Source of the DNA: a virus
IMG/VR virus record: IMGVR_UViG_3300020599_000003
Coordinates: 64,001 to 128,000 of that record
Reading direction: 5' to 3' (one strand)
DNA length: 64,000 bases
In this document: in pieces, positions 1 through 8,673 of the stretch
Position numbering within the stretch: the stretch's first letter is position 1
Layout: every line of letters starts with the position of its first letter
Notes under the pieces: generated by a model
What the model was told of the DNA's origin: nothing
Database searches by the model: none
The model's input: the letters and a program-made list of their open reading frames with translations, nothing else
Position numbers and translations under genes: made by a program

Positions 1-2029
1 GAACGCCCGTGTTGGTGACAGTCACCGTCGTGGCGTTGCTGGTCACTTCGATGCCATCACCGGCTGCGATGGTCTTCAGCACGCCGCCAGTGTCGTTGCT
101 CACCAGCGATTGACCGCCAGCACCAGCCGAAGAGATGGCTTTCAGGCGCTCACCCAGAGCATCGTCGATGCCCTTCAGGTGCGCGGTGAGGTACGCAGCA
201 GCCGCCCCCACGTAGTTGACGCCGACGTAGGAGACGATGGTGTCGAGGTCGTAGGCTTTCTTCTGACCGAGGTCCGTACCCGTCAGCACATCCTTCGCGA
301 GGTTGCGCGTGACGTTCGCCAGGACGTAGGGGCAAGCACCCGTCTTGGAGATGAACGACTGAGCCGTGTTGCTGACCCAGGTGCTGGTGTCATCCAGCAC
401 CAGCAAGCCGGTTGCCGCAGTGGACGTGATGCAGGCCACGTTGGGATCGGTGCCAAGCGCCCGCGCTTTCCGGACGGACATGATGCCGCCCATGTGCCGG
501 AACGTGTTGGCATGGCCGATGTCCATGTAGTCTGCCGTACCACCACTGCTCTCGATCACCGCCGTGCTGATCGAGGGGAAGCCGCGCACGTATACCTGCG
601 GCGTCGTACCATCGTGTTGGAGCTTGCCAGCGTTGACATATAGACCTTCGAAGACCGCAGCACCAGTCCACGCGCCGGTGGATTCGTTAGTGAGCAGAGC
701 GATGTTCGTGTTGTTGGTCTGGATGCTGATGTTGCGGAACTTGTAGCCTTCGGTCGTACCCACGCGAGTGATGGACATGCACGGCTCGGTCCCCGTATAG
801 ATGATCGCCATATCACTCATGGCGATGGGCAGCGTGCCGCCTGCCGAGACCGTGCCACGCAGCATCGTGGCGTCCTTGTTGTCGGAGCTCACCCAGCCCT
901 GCAGCCAGACGCGCTTCGACCCCAGGATCAGGTTCTCGTCGTAGTACCCAGGCGAGATCATGATCTTGGAGTTGTCGGGGGCGTTGTTGAGCGCCAGCCC
1001 GATGGTCGCGTAGGGATTGCCCTGCGTGCCGTTGCCAGTTACGGGATCGGACTCGCAGTCCACCCAGACGGTTTCAGACGGAGTCCAGGTGCCGACCTTG
1101 CTGATGTCGATGCTGAGCGCACCGTCAGTGTCCAGGACCAGACCCTCCGAGGTGGCGGGTACGTAGATGGTGCCCGGCACAGTGGCGGTCGCGACCGGAA
1201 CCGTGACGTTGCCGGTGTTGTCTGGGCTTTCACCGTTGACCGTCTTGACCGTACCACCGAACGTCGGATCGACTTCCAGGATGCCGTCAGCATCGATGAT
1301 CAGGCCACTGTCGGGCTTGATCTGGACAACGCCAGTGGAGGTGTAGGTGGCAACCTGTTCGTAGCCACCATCCATCCAGACATACTCGTTGCCGTCGCTG
1401 ACCAGCCAGTCACCAACCTTGAGATCGTATCCGTACTGCTGGCCCGCTACCGTGACGCGCCAGTAGAAGCCGATGTTGTCCTGGTCAGGTGCGGGCAGGG
1501 GCTGTCCCGTACCAGTGTCGATGTTCTGCTGAACATCGAACTGACCCGAGAATGGAGGCATCAGACCAGCCCAACGCAAATCGCCGAACAAGAAGTCCGG
1601 TAGTTCGTCCTTGGGGATCTTTCCGTTCTCGTCCAGGGAAGCGTCCACCACCCGGACCGTCACGTACAGCGACTTGTCAGAGGGTTCTATGGAAGCAGGC
1701 AGATCGACCACCACGCCATTGCGGTAGGCGACAAAGCTCGACGGGGCTGGTACCAGAGGGGCCGACAGGTCGGCATACACGCTGATCTCATAGCCTCGGT
1801 ACACCGACATGTTCAGCATGCTGAACGGAGCGATGTAGCGCCACGACCGGCCATTGCTGATGTACAGGCCCGGCTTGTAGGACGGGTTGCCGGACTCAGC
1901 CAGTACGGCAAGCTGGTAGCGTATAGACGGAGTCTTCAGGGAGGCTACAACCGATGCCGACGCGTCTTGCACCAGAGCACCAGTGTGCAGCTTCACGGGG
2001 ACCGAGTAGGGGAAGTCGGGGGCTTGCAT
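1..2029 (-). CDS. Tail fibre/tailspike with probable beta-helix domain (partial; runs off left edge)
   Basis: Not in the ORF track. Manually translated open frame from ATG 2029 (MQAPDFPYSVPVKL...) to the window edge. Contains VKTVNGESPDNTGNVTV (fibre repeat) and GNGTQGNPYATIGLALNNAPDNSKIMISPGYYDENL (typical start of a pectate-lyase-like beta-helix). Confidence 0.8.
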   Translation of the reverse strand, partial: MQAPDFPYSVPVKLHTGALVQDASASVVASLKTPSIRYQLAVLAESGNPSYKPGLYISNGRSWRYIAPFSMLNMSVYRGYEISVYADLSAPLVPAPSSFVAYRNGVVVDLPASIEPSDKSLYVTVRVVDASLDENGKIPKDELPDFLFGDLRWAGLMPPFSGQFDVQQNIDTGTGQPLPAPDQDNIGFYWRVTVAGQQYGYDLKVGDWLVSDGNEYVWMDGGYEQVATYTSTGVVQIKPDSGLIIDADGILEVDPTFGGTVKTVNGESPDNTGNVTVPVATATVPGTIYVPATSEGLVLDTDGALSIDISKVGTWTPSETVWVDCESDPVTGNGTQGNPYATIGLALNNAPDNSKIMISPGYYDENLILGSKRVWLQGWVSSDNKDATMLRGTVSAGGTLPIAMSDMAIIYTGTEPCMSITRVGTTEGYKFRNISIQTNNTNIALLTNESTGAWTGAAVFEGLYVNAGKLQHDGTTPQVYVRGFPSISTAVIESSGGTADYMDIGHANTFRHMGGIMSVRKARALGTDPNVACITSTAATGLLVLDDTSTWVSNTAQSFISKTGACPYVLANVTRNLAKDVLTGTDLGQKKAYDLDTIVSYVGVNYVGAAAAYLTAHLKGIDDALGERLKAISSAGAGGQSLVSNDTGGVLKTIAAGDGIEVTSNATTVTVTNTGV

Positions 2030-2031
2030 TT

Positions 2032-2238
2032 CTACCGTCCGTTTATTTTCTTGATTCGCTGGGAACGCTCCCACATCTCGCGGCAATCATCCACTTCCGG
2101 GTCGCAAAAGACTCCTTCCACGGGTGTACCGCAGAACAGACATCTGCCGCGAGTGTAGAGTTGCTTCTTGAGAGTCCCTCTGACCTCAGTCACAATGTTT
2201 TCTGCGTAGTCTCCGGCGAGATCGGCTACATCTGCCAT
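2032..2238 (-). CDS. Small TraR/DksA-like C4 zinc-finger protein
   Basis: 68 aa; MADVADLA N-terminal helix and CLFCG...FCD...DC cysteine cluster. Confidence 0.55.
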   Translation of the reverse strand: MADVADLAGDYAENIVTEVRGTLKKQLYTRGRCLFCGTPVEGVFCDPEVDDCREMWERSQRIKKINGR

Positions 2239-2250
2239 TCTTAACTGCTC

Positions 2251-2880
2251 CTAATTGGTAATCACGACGCGCGCGATATCGGTTCGTACTTGGCCGCTGA
2301 CCAGAGGATTGAGTTTGTAGATCACTTGCACGTGCAGAGTGTACTCGCCCGGTGGCAGCGAACTCGGCATTCGGTAAGAGGTTCCGCCCATGAGCGTCAT
2401 CGGATTTTCCGCCTCGATGATGGGCCACACATAGACGTTCGCACCTCGTGCATCCCGGAGCACAGCCATGAATCGAGCTCGCATGACCTGGGCGTCCAGG
2501 ACGATGGGGCTGGTTACTTGGAAGGACTCTCTGAGACCCTCCTTGACAGTGATGGTGGGGATCGAGTTCTGCTTGAGGGCGATGTTCTCGATCGGGGGTC
2601 GCTGAGTTGCCATGACCAGCGTGGCACCGAAGATGGCGGGCACGCAGATCATAGAAGCTACGCGGAACACCTTCTCGACGAACACAGACAGAATTGCAGC
2701 CTTGTGAGCACCAATCACTTGGGCAATGGCGCACTCGATATGGGTCGGGTGATGAGGTATTGAAGTAGGCGGGTTCATCTTGAGGCCTGAGGGGTCAACC
2801 TTCGGGATGTGGGCATCCGGGTATCCGTCGCCCAGTCGCCCAGCACACTTTTCACTTCGGTGATTCGACGGACGGTTCAT
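2251..2880 (-). CDS. Single-pass membrane protein next to holin (start may be ATG 2778)
   Basis: One hydrophobic segment (VASMICVPAIFGATLVMA) followed by a beta-rich domain (LPPGEYTLHVQVIY); overlaps the holin 3' end. Confidence 0.6.
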   Translation of the reverse strand: MNRPSNHRSEKCAGRLGDGYPDAHIPKVDPSGLKMNPPTSIPHHPTHIECAIAQVIGAHKAAILSVFVEKVFRVASMICVPAIFGATLVMATQRPPIENIALKQNSIPTITVKEGLRESFQVTSPIVLDAQVMRARFMAVLRDARGANVYVWPIIEAENPMTLMGGTSYRMPSSLPPGEYTLHVQVIYKLNPLVSGQVRTDIARVVITN

Positions 2881-3211
2881 GCCGCAACTCCTCAGTCGTA
2901 AGTGGTGGGTGGGGAACGCCGTATCGCGATCTGAATACGTGCATGAATTCGTTCCATACGCGCGAACCCATCAAGCCTGATACCCCAATCAGAAATGCCA
3001 TCAAGGGGCCGTTGATGTTCTGCCACTGGCACAGCCAGAATGTGAGCAGACCAGTGAAGCCACCGCTGAGGGCCTCAATAAAGAGACGTCCCACAGCGAA
3101 CCTCTCCATGCTGTTCAGGTAGCGGATGGCTGCGGCTACCGCTGAAAGCCCTATGACCCACAGATACGTGAGCATGGGGTAGTCAAAGGGCTCTTTGCTG
3201 TTCATGTCCAT
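2852..3211 (-). CDS. Holin (LydA/lambda-S-like, three TM segments)
   Basis: 119 aa; three hydrophobic helices (LTYLWVIGLSAVAAAI, LFIEALSGGFTGLLTFWLC, LMAFLIGVSGLMGS) and a charged C-terminus; Met-Asp-Met start. Confidence 0.8.
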   Translation of the reverse strand: MDMNSKEPFDYPMLTYLWVIGLSAVAAAIRYLNSMERFAVGRLFIEALSGGFTGLLTFWLCQWQNINGPLMAFLIGVSGLMGSRVWNEFMHVFRSRYGVPHPPLTTEELRHEPSVESPK

Positions 3212-3232
3212 AGACTGTACATCCTGAATCTA

Positions 3233-3273
3233 CGATCCCCGCGGACGCCATGATATGACGCACACGGGGATCG
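3233..3273 (-). promoter_or_regulatory. Long stem-loop just upstream of holin translation start
   Basis: CGATCCCCG...CGGGGATCG 9-bp outer stem plus a 7-bp inner stem on the minus strand; no U tail. Confidence 0.45.
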
Positions 3274-3324
3274 GGCCGCTACGAAGCCCGTGGCGGCGTG
3301 GCGGGGTGTAGAAAGAACACGAAC

Positions 3325-3714
3325 TCACGTCGGCTCCGCCTTGGCGAACGTCAATTCCGCTCGCACGGGGTTGACCCTCGCGTTGGTAATCTTCCAGCTT
3401 GTGATGGGACTGTCGATGAAGAACGCGCTGCTTACGGGGACAGTCACAGTTTGCGGAGGACCTCCCCCTATACGCGGGTAGGTCACCGTCAGATCAAGCG
3501 GGGCGCTGGTCCATAGGAAGAGAAGATTGCACGCGCCGCCAGTCTGCTCCTCCCCAGGCCCCAGGTCCAAGCGCAGGGTCACGATGTCCTGCGTGTTCTG
3601 CCACGCAGACATGTATGTGCCGATGTTGGTGGAGAGTTGGCTGGTGCTGCTCTTGACTTCGAAGCGTACAGATGCCGCGTAGGTCTGGGCGACAGGCCCT
3701 ATATAGATGTTCAC
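3325..3714 (-). CDS. Hypothetical beta-rich virion protein
   Basis: 129 aa ORF with GTG start, 42 nt downstream of a CAATTTTAT motif. Confidence 0.7.
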   Translation of the reverse strand: MNIYIGPVAQTYAASVRFEVKSSTSQLSTNIGTYMSAWQNTQDIVTLRLDLGPGEEQTGGACNLLFLWTSAPLDLTVTYPRIGGGPPQTVTVPVSSAFFIDSPITSWKITNARVNPVRAELTFAKAEPT

Positions 3715-3755
3715 GGGTGGATCCCTGCAATTTGATGAGTGCCTGGCGAGACCTT

Positions 3756-3764
3756 ATAAAATTG
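3756..3764 (-). promoter_or_regulatory. Putative phage promoter motif CAATTTTAT
   Basis: Exact copy, intergenic, upstream of a minus-strand gene. Confidence 0.6.
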
Positions 3765-3802
3765 CCCGGCATAGTAAATAAGCAGTACCCAAGGAGTACT
3801 CA

Positions 3803-4120
3803 ATGATCATCAAGCCCGAAATGGCGCCTCGTGAGTTCGACGTGCCGTGCATCTACCGCCAGACCAGCGTTCGCCGCAGCGCGGCCCTCATGTTTGACCC
3901 ATTCGTCCTCGTCAGCTTCGCAGCCACTGCCGCCTCCTACGCACTGGAAGCCTACGACTCGCAGGACAAGATTACCGAGTATCTGCGAGGCGAGTTCACG
4001 CGCCATTACGGCGGGGGCATCACGGTCGACCCCGTCTTCGATTTCCAGGGCAGTTGCGTCGCCATGGACCTCATCATTGGGGCTCCGCTGCCCTTCAGCC
4101 ACTCGATAGAGGTGCAATGA
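3803..4120 (+). CDS. Hypothetical protein
   Basis: 105 aa; AAGGAG RBS; stop overlaps the exonuclease start (ATGA). Confidence 0.75.
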   Translation: MIIKPEMAPREFDVPCIYRQTSVRRSAALMFDPFVLVSFAATAASYALEAYDSQDKITEYLRGEFTRHYGGGITVDPVFDFQGSCVAMDLIIGAPLPFSHSIEVQ

Positions 4121-5040
4121 TGCTCCTCTTCGCGGCTGACGGCAACTTCTATATTCACAAGATCTGGTTCACCATCCCCAACAAGCACAAGCTCAAGAAG
4201 GAGGTGCTCGGCCGCATCATGGCCAAGAAGATGTTGGACTTCATCTGTACGGACTACAACAAGCTCGGGGCTACTCACTGCGCGGTAGCTTTCGACGGGG
4301 GACAAAACTTCCGCTACAGCTTGTACCCAATGTACAAGGCGAACCGCAACCCCGACGGTGACGGCGGCAAGGCCCGTGAGAGGGGCGAGGACGGTCTAGG
4401 TAGTAAAGAGCTCTACCAATATCTGCCTCAGGTCATCAAGCTCCTCAAGAAGGCTGGCATCCCAGTCATACAGCATCCGAAATACGAGGCCGACGACATC
4501 CTGGCCTCACTGGCTCAACTACCTACCAATGTCGTGCTCGGCACCCGGGACAAGGACTTGTTCCAGATCCTCAACAAGCACACGAGACTGTGGTACTCGG
4601 AGAAGGGTGTCGGTCACTTCATCACTCTCAAGGATGCCCTGCAGAAGTGGGGCCTCAAGCAGTCCCAGTTCATCGACTACCAAACCCTCCTAGGAGACCC
4701 CGGTGACAATGTACCGACGATACCGTTCCGCAAGAGGACGGGACCCAAGACCATCCAGAAGTTGCTGGTTGAGCATGGCACTATCAAGGGTATCTACTCT
4801 AATGGCACTCCTCAGGAAAGGAAGGTCCTGATCGAGCACCAGAAGCAGGTAAGGATCAACCGACAGCTTGTGAGCATGGTCACTGATGTGTTGCGGCCCA
4901 AGCCGTCCCAGCTGAAGATCAAGAAGGTGAACCCCGAGCCCGGTTGGCCTGCTTCCTATCTAGCCCTATCTGATGGGGATAAGCTGTTCGGCAGCACGAA
5001 GTCCAGCACCCTTTCCGGGTTGCTACGCAGACGAAGGTAG
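4117..5040 (+). CDS. 5'-3' exonuclease / flap endonuclease (PolI-exo, T4 RNase H, T5 D15 family)
   Basis: Motifs ADGN, VAFDGG.NFRYSLYPMYKANR, YEADDILASLA, TRDKDLFQ, LLGDPGDNVP (H3TH). Confidence 0.92.
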   Translation: MMLLFAADGNFYIHKIWFTIPNKHKLKKEVLGRIMAKKMLDFICTDYNKLGATHCAVAFDGGQNFRYSLYPMYKANRNPDGDGGKARERGEDGLGSKELYQYLPQVIKLLKKAGIPVIQHPKYEADDILASLAQLPTNVVLGTRDKDLFQILNKHTRLWYSEKGVGHFITLKDALQKWGLKQSQFIDYQTLLGDPGDNVPTIPFRKRTGPKTIQKLLVEHGTIKGIYSNGTPQERKVLIEHQKQVRINRQLVSMVTDVLRPKPSQLKIKKVNPEPGWPASYLALSDGDKLFGSTKSSTLSGLLRRRR

Positions 5041-5048
5041 CCCAAATG

Positions 5049-5086
5049 AAAAGCCCCTCCCAGGGTCACGCCTGGGAGGGGCTTTT
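5049..5086. terminator. Bidirectional rho-independent terminator between convergent genes
   Basis: AAAAGCCCCTCCCAGG-GTCACG-CCTGGGAGGGGCTTTT perfect inverted repeat. Confidence 0.9.
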
Positions 5087-5107
5087 GCTATGCGGATAGG
5101 GTGCAGA

Positions 5108-5884
5108 TCACAAGGCGTTGATCTCGTCGATCACTTCGGACAGATAGTCCGGAGCGATGCTGTACAGCGCCGTGTAGAACTTGCGCATCTTGTCCTTGTC
5201 GCTCTCGCTGATAGTGGCAGCAGCCATGCGATAGATCTCGGGATCGAGGTCCACCTTGTGGGCCGACAGCATGGTGCGAGTGCTGACGACGCGGGGCGCT
5301 GACGACTGCACGCTGATCAGCTCAACGTTCTGGTTGGCTTGCGAGGTCTTGGTCACGAAGCCGTAGTCCACGTCACCAGTTTCCGTGACGTAGGCCACCA
5401 GAGCCTCTCGCTCCGGCACGGCCATGTTGACCTTCGCCAGACGCGGGGCCAGTTCGGACTCGTTGGCGGCAGCGGTCACCAACGACGACAGATCCTCTTC
5501 CTGGTGGCGGACGAGATATTTGCCAGCGGAGCCCGTCTTGAGCTCCCACACGGACTGGTCTTCGTTGTTCACCAGGACGTTGGAATTGGTGGCGAGAACC
5601 GCGTGGTACGAGGCTTGCAACTCGTGGTTGTCCACTTCACGCACTTCCGATACGGATTTGACGAATGCGACGTAGAAATCGCCCACTTCCGAAGCCTGTA
5701 CCTTGGTGAGGGAGCCTTCGACCAGAGCACCTTGGCCTTGCAGCTTGGCGCAGACGCTTTCAGCGATGTCATCGGCATCCACGTTGCCAGTGGTGGAGAT
5801 CATGACCTTCGCCAGATTGGCGTTGATCATGACCGCTTCGTTGATGTTGATGGTACGTGCGGAGAGACCTTGGAGGTTCAGCAT
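5108..5884 (-). CDS. Hypothetical virion structural protein
   Basis: 258 aa with phage-typical codon usage, directly after the tail tube gene. Confidence 0.75.
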   Translation of the reverse strand: MLNLQGLSARTININEAVMINANLAKVMISTTGNVDADDIAESVCAKLQGQGALVEGSLTKVQASEVGDFYVAFVKSVSEVREVDNHELQASYHAVLATNSNVLVNNEDQSVWELKTGSAGKYLVRHQEEDLSSLVTAAANESELAPRLAKVNMAVPEREALVAYVTETGDVDYGFVTKTSQANQNVELISVQSSAPRVVSTRTMLSAHKVDLDPEIYRMAAATISESDKDKMRKFYTALYSIAPDYLSEVIDEINAL

Positions 5885-5932
5885 GATGGTGTTTCCTCTA
5901 GAGGAGATTGGAAGACTTACCCGGCCGGGGTT

Positions 5933-6451
5933 TTAGATGTCTTCGTGGTCAGTGTAGGCGAAGGTAGCTTGGGCAGTCACCACAGTTGAACCGTTGGAGC
6001 CGTCCATGCTCTGGTCGTTGAACGCAGTCAGGAAGACGCGATGCAGCTGGATGGTGCGGACCACCGAAGGCTCGTCGTTCCAGAGAACGATTAGCGGTTC
6101 GGTCATGTAGTCCGCAGACAGAAGACCCTTGTTGGTACGCCAGTTGCGCATCCGATCCTTCCAATTGCGCATCCCGTTACGTACGGACCAGGAGATGGAC
6201 TCGACGAAGGTGACGTCCCAGGTCTGCGTGAAGGACGCGGCACCGGCGTACGGGAGGCTGATGCCGTGAGTCTCGACCTTGGCAGTCTCCACCTGGAAGC
6301 CCGGCAACGACGTGGATTGACACTTGAAGGTGATGTCCCGTGTGTCGGGCATACCGGGGATGGTCGGGAAATAGAGGTCGAAGTTCCAACCTAGGGCGGG
6401 ATCGCCAACCTCAATCATGTTCTGGAGGTTAGTCCGAGTATAAGTTGCCAT
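5933..6451 (-). CDS. Tail tube protein (T4 gp19-like)
   Basis: 172 aa; FKCQSTSLPG, PYAG, WDVTFVE, TFAY motifs; follows the sheath gene. Confidence 0.85.
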   Translation of the reverse strand: MATYTRTNLQNMIEVGDPALGWNFDLYFPTIPGMPDTRDITFKCQSTSLPGFQVETAKVETHGISLPYAGAASFTQTWDVTFVESISWSVRNGMRNWKDRMRNWRTNKGLLSADYMTEPLIVLWNDEPSVVRTIQLHRVFLTAFNDQSMDGSNGSTVVTAQATFAYTDHEDI

Positions 6452-6462
6452 GTGATTACTCC

Positions 6463-8400
6463 TTAGCCCACAGTCTGCACGACTTCGTCAACCGTGACCG
6501 TGCGCTTGGTGATCGAGAAGTCCAGATCGAGTTCGTGGATGGGGATGGTCGGGTAGAGGACCACCAGCACCTTGCGGACACCGGCGATTTCCATGTCGGC
6601 CGTGTTGTTGCGCGAGTCCGATACCAGAGCGTAGTCGCTCAGGGCTCGGGCCGTCACCATCGTGGACAGGTACGTGTCGTACGTCTTTAGCAGGGCGCGA
6701 ACAGTGAACTCGTCGTTCTGCTCTTGCAGGAAGTACAAGCCAGCGAAGTACATCGAGGTCTTGATGGTGTTGGCAATGCGTCGCACCGACAACCACGACA
6801 ACGCCGAAGCCTTGTTCTGCAGAGTGCGCTGTTCCCAGAGCGCCGTGCCAGCGCCCAGCAGGGTGCGGACATAGTTGACTTGTGCAGCCTCCATGTTGTC
6901 CATCTCCGGTTCCTCGTAGATATAACGAGTGCCGAGGATGTCCAGCAGGCCACGATTCAGACCTGCGATGGAGAACGCCGGGTTGGCGAGCTTGTCGGTG
7001 CGGGCACACAGGGCTGCGGCCCAGCCTGAGAACGGCACTAGCAGAGACTTCTGCAGGCGATCGTCAGCTTCCAGAACATCGGGGCTGAACAGAGCCGAGT
7101 AGTTCGAGTTCAGGTTCAGCGTGACTTGCCGGTAGTTGATAGCCTGTTGCGCCTTCTGGCGATCCGAGGGCACATCCAGCATTGCCACGCAGTCACCGCG
7201 CGATTGTGCCAAGCTGTCCATGGCTCGCTGAGCGATCGGGTCAGCCACGCCACCGTTGATCAGGGTACGGACCGGAACGATGTTTCGGTTGGCGAACTTC
7301 GAGGACCAGACACCTGCAATCGTGTAGGACGTAGGAGCAGCGCCAGAGGTGCCACCGTCAAGGTTCGTGCGCGGCAGATTCATGGGGTTGACCGCACCGA
7401 TCACAGTACTCAGGTTCGACGTGTAGCGCATCATGTCCGAGAAGGAGTTGATGCGGCTTTCCATCTCGGTAGTGGAGCCAGTACCGTCGTTCTCGTCGTC
7501 GAACGACACATCCCACGTTTCCACAGGCACGCTGGGGTTCACAGCCGTGTTGTAGAACTCGACCGTGAAGATCGTGCTCGCCGGGGCAGCTTGAGCCGGG
7601 TCGGTGATAGGCTTCTTGGACGTGTCGGGGACGAGCTCACCCGTATCCACGAAGGACTGCGTGCCCTGGCCGATCTGAGCAATGAGGCCCATGCCAGCAC
7701 CTGAAGTCGAGCGACCGTACAGGTTGTACCCATAGGCGTTCGGCATGAGGTCCCAGCCGATGGTGATGCTGCCTGCGGTGACCGAACCAGCGATGACCAC
7801 GGTGATGACTTGGGATGCCAGCGTCTCACCGTTGGGGCCAATGGCCGAGATCATGTACTGATATGTACCCGCCGTCATCACGCCGCCCGTGCTGCTCGCA
7901 TCGGACGTGATGTTGGTCGGCGTTGCCGGGTCCTTCGTGACGAACTCGACTGCGTAGTCATCGGCGTAAGAGCCGGGACCTGGGTCCGGATAGAACAGAC
8001 CCACACACTGCTGAGTACCGGTGACGAAGGAGTCCCAGTTCGGCGACTTCGGGTCTTCCACACCGCCAGCGATAGGCTTGAACTCCAGCGTGCCGTCCTG
8101 GTTGCGCAGGAGAGCCAGAGCAGCGTACATCGCACCCGTGCCGACAGCACGGCAGGCGTAGAGCTGATTGCCTTCGCGGAAGTAGTCGCGAGCCGTGTAG
8201 CCGGTGAAGCTCACCAGCGGATCGGCATCACCGAACTTCGCGCGGAAACCATCGTACGAGTTGTACAGGCGCACGTCGGTGGGACCCATCGAACTGACGA
8301 TAACCTCGCCCGCCGTGCTGGTGGATGCGTTGATGACGATACTGGAGAGGTCAACCTCCGTCATGTACACGTCACTGCGACGGTTCTGGATGAGAGACAT
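6463..8400 (-). CDS. Contractile tail sheath protein
   Basis: 645 aa; DVYMTEVDLS N-terminus, RGDCVAMLDVP, PFSGWAAALCARTD, SPAFSIAG-like (NPAFSIAGLNRG), LSVRRIAN sheath C-terminal motifs. Confidence 0.93.
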   Translation of the reverse strand: MSLIQNRRSDVYMTEVDLSSIVINASTSTAGEVIVSSMGPTDVRLYNSYDGFRAKFGDADPLVSFTGYTARDYFREGNQLYACRAVGTGAMYAALALLRNQDGTLEFKPIAGGVEDPKSPNWDSFVTGTQQCVGLFYPDPGPGSYADDYAVEFVTKDPATPTNITSDASSTGGVMTAGTYQYMISAIGPNGETLASQVITVVIAGSVTAGSITIGWDLMPNAYGYNLYGRSTSGAGMGLIAQIGQGTQSFVDTGELVPDTSKKPITDPAQAAPASTIFTVEFYNTAVNPSVPVETWDVSFDDENDGTGSTTEMESRINSFSDMMRYTSNLSTVIGAVNPMNLPRTNLDGGTSGAAPTSYTIAGVWSSKFANRNIVPVRTLINGGVADPIAQRAMDSLAQSRGDCVAMLDVPSDRQKAQQAINYRQVTLNLNSNYSALFSPDVLEADDRLQKSLLVPFSGWAAALCARTDKLANPAFSIAGLNRGLLDILGTRYIYEEPEMDNMEAAQVNYVRTLLGAGTALWEQRTLQNKASALSWLSVRRIANTIKTSMYFAGLYFLQEQNDEFTVRALLKTYDTYLSTMVTARALSDYALVSDSRNNTADMEIAGVRKVLVVLYPTIPIHELDLDFSITKRTVTVDEVVQTVG

Positions 8401-8403
8401 GGA

Positions 8404-8673
8404 TTACACCTCGATGACTTTGATGTGCTTGTTCAGCACGAGGTAGTTCCGGTCCACGGTATGGCCTGCCGGAAGCTTGACGTGGCGACGACCCATGACG
8501 TGCATGTAGTCCACATCGCCGTTGGCGTTGCGCAGTTGGACCGTCGCCTTGACCGAGCTGCCATTCACCACGTAGGGAACCTTGGGGGCAGTCTCCACAC
8601 GATCCTTCAGCTTCTCGGTGGTAACATCGAGCGCTTCCGGCTGGATGGTGCTGGTCGGAGTTGAGGAACTCAT
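8404..8673 (-). CDS. Hypothetical small tail-associated protein
   Basis: 89 aa from ATG 8673, ATGA-coupled to the upstream gene. Confidence 0.65.
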   Translation of the reverse strand: MSSSTPTSTIQPEALDVTTEKLKDRVETAPKVPYVVNGSSVKATVQLRNANGDVDYMHVMGRRHVKLPAGHTVDRNYLVLNKHIKVIEV

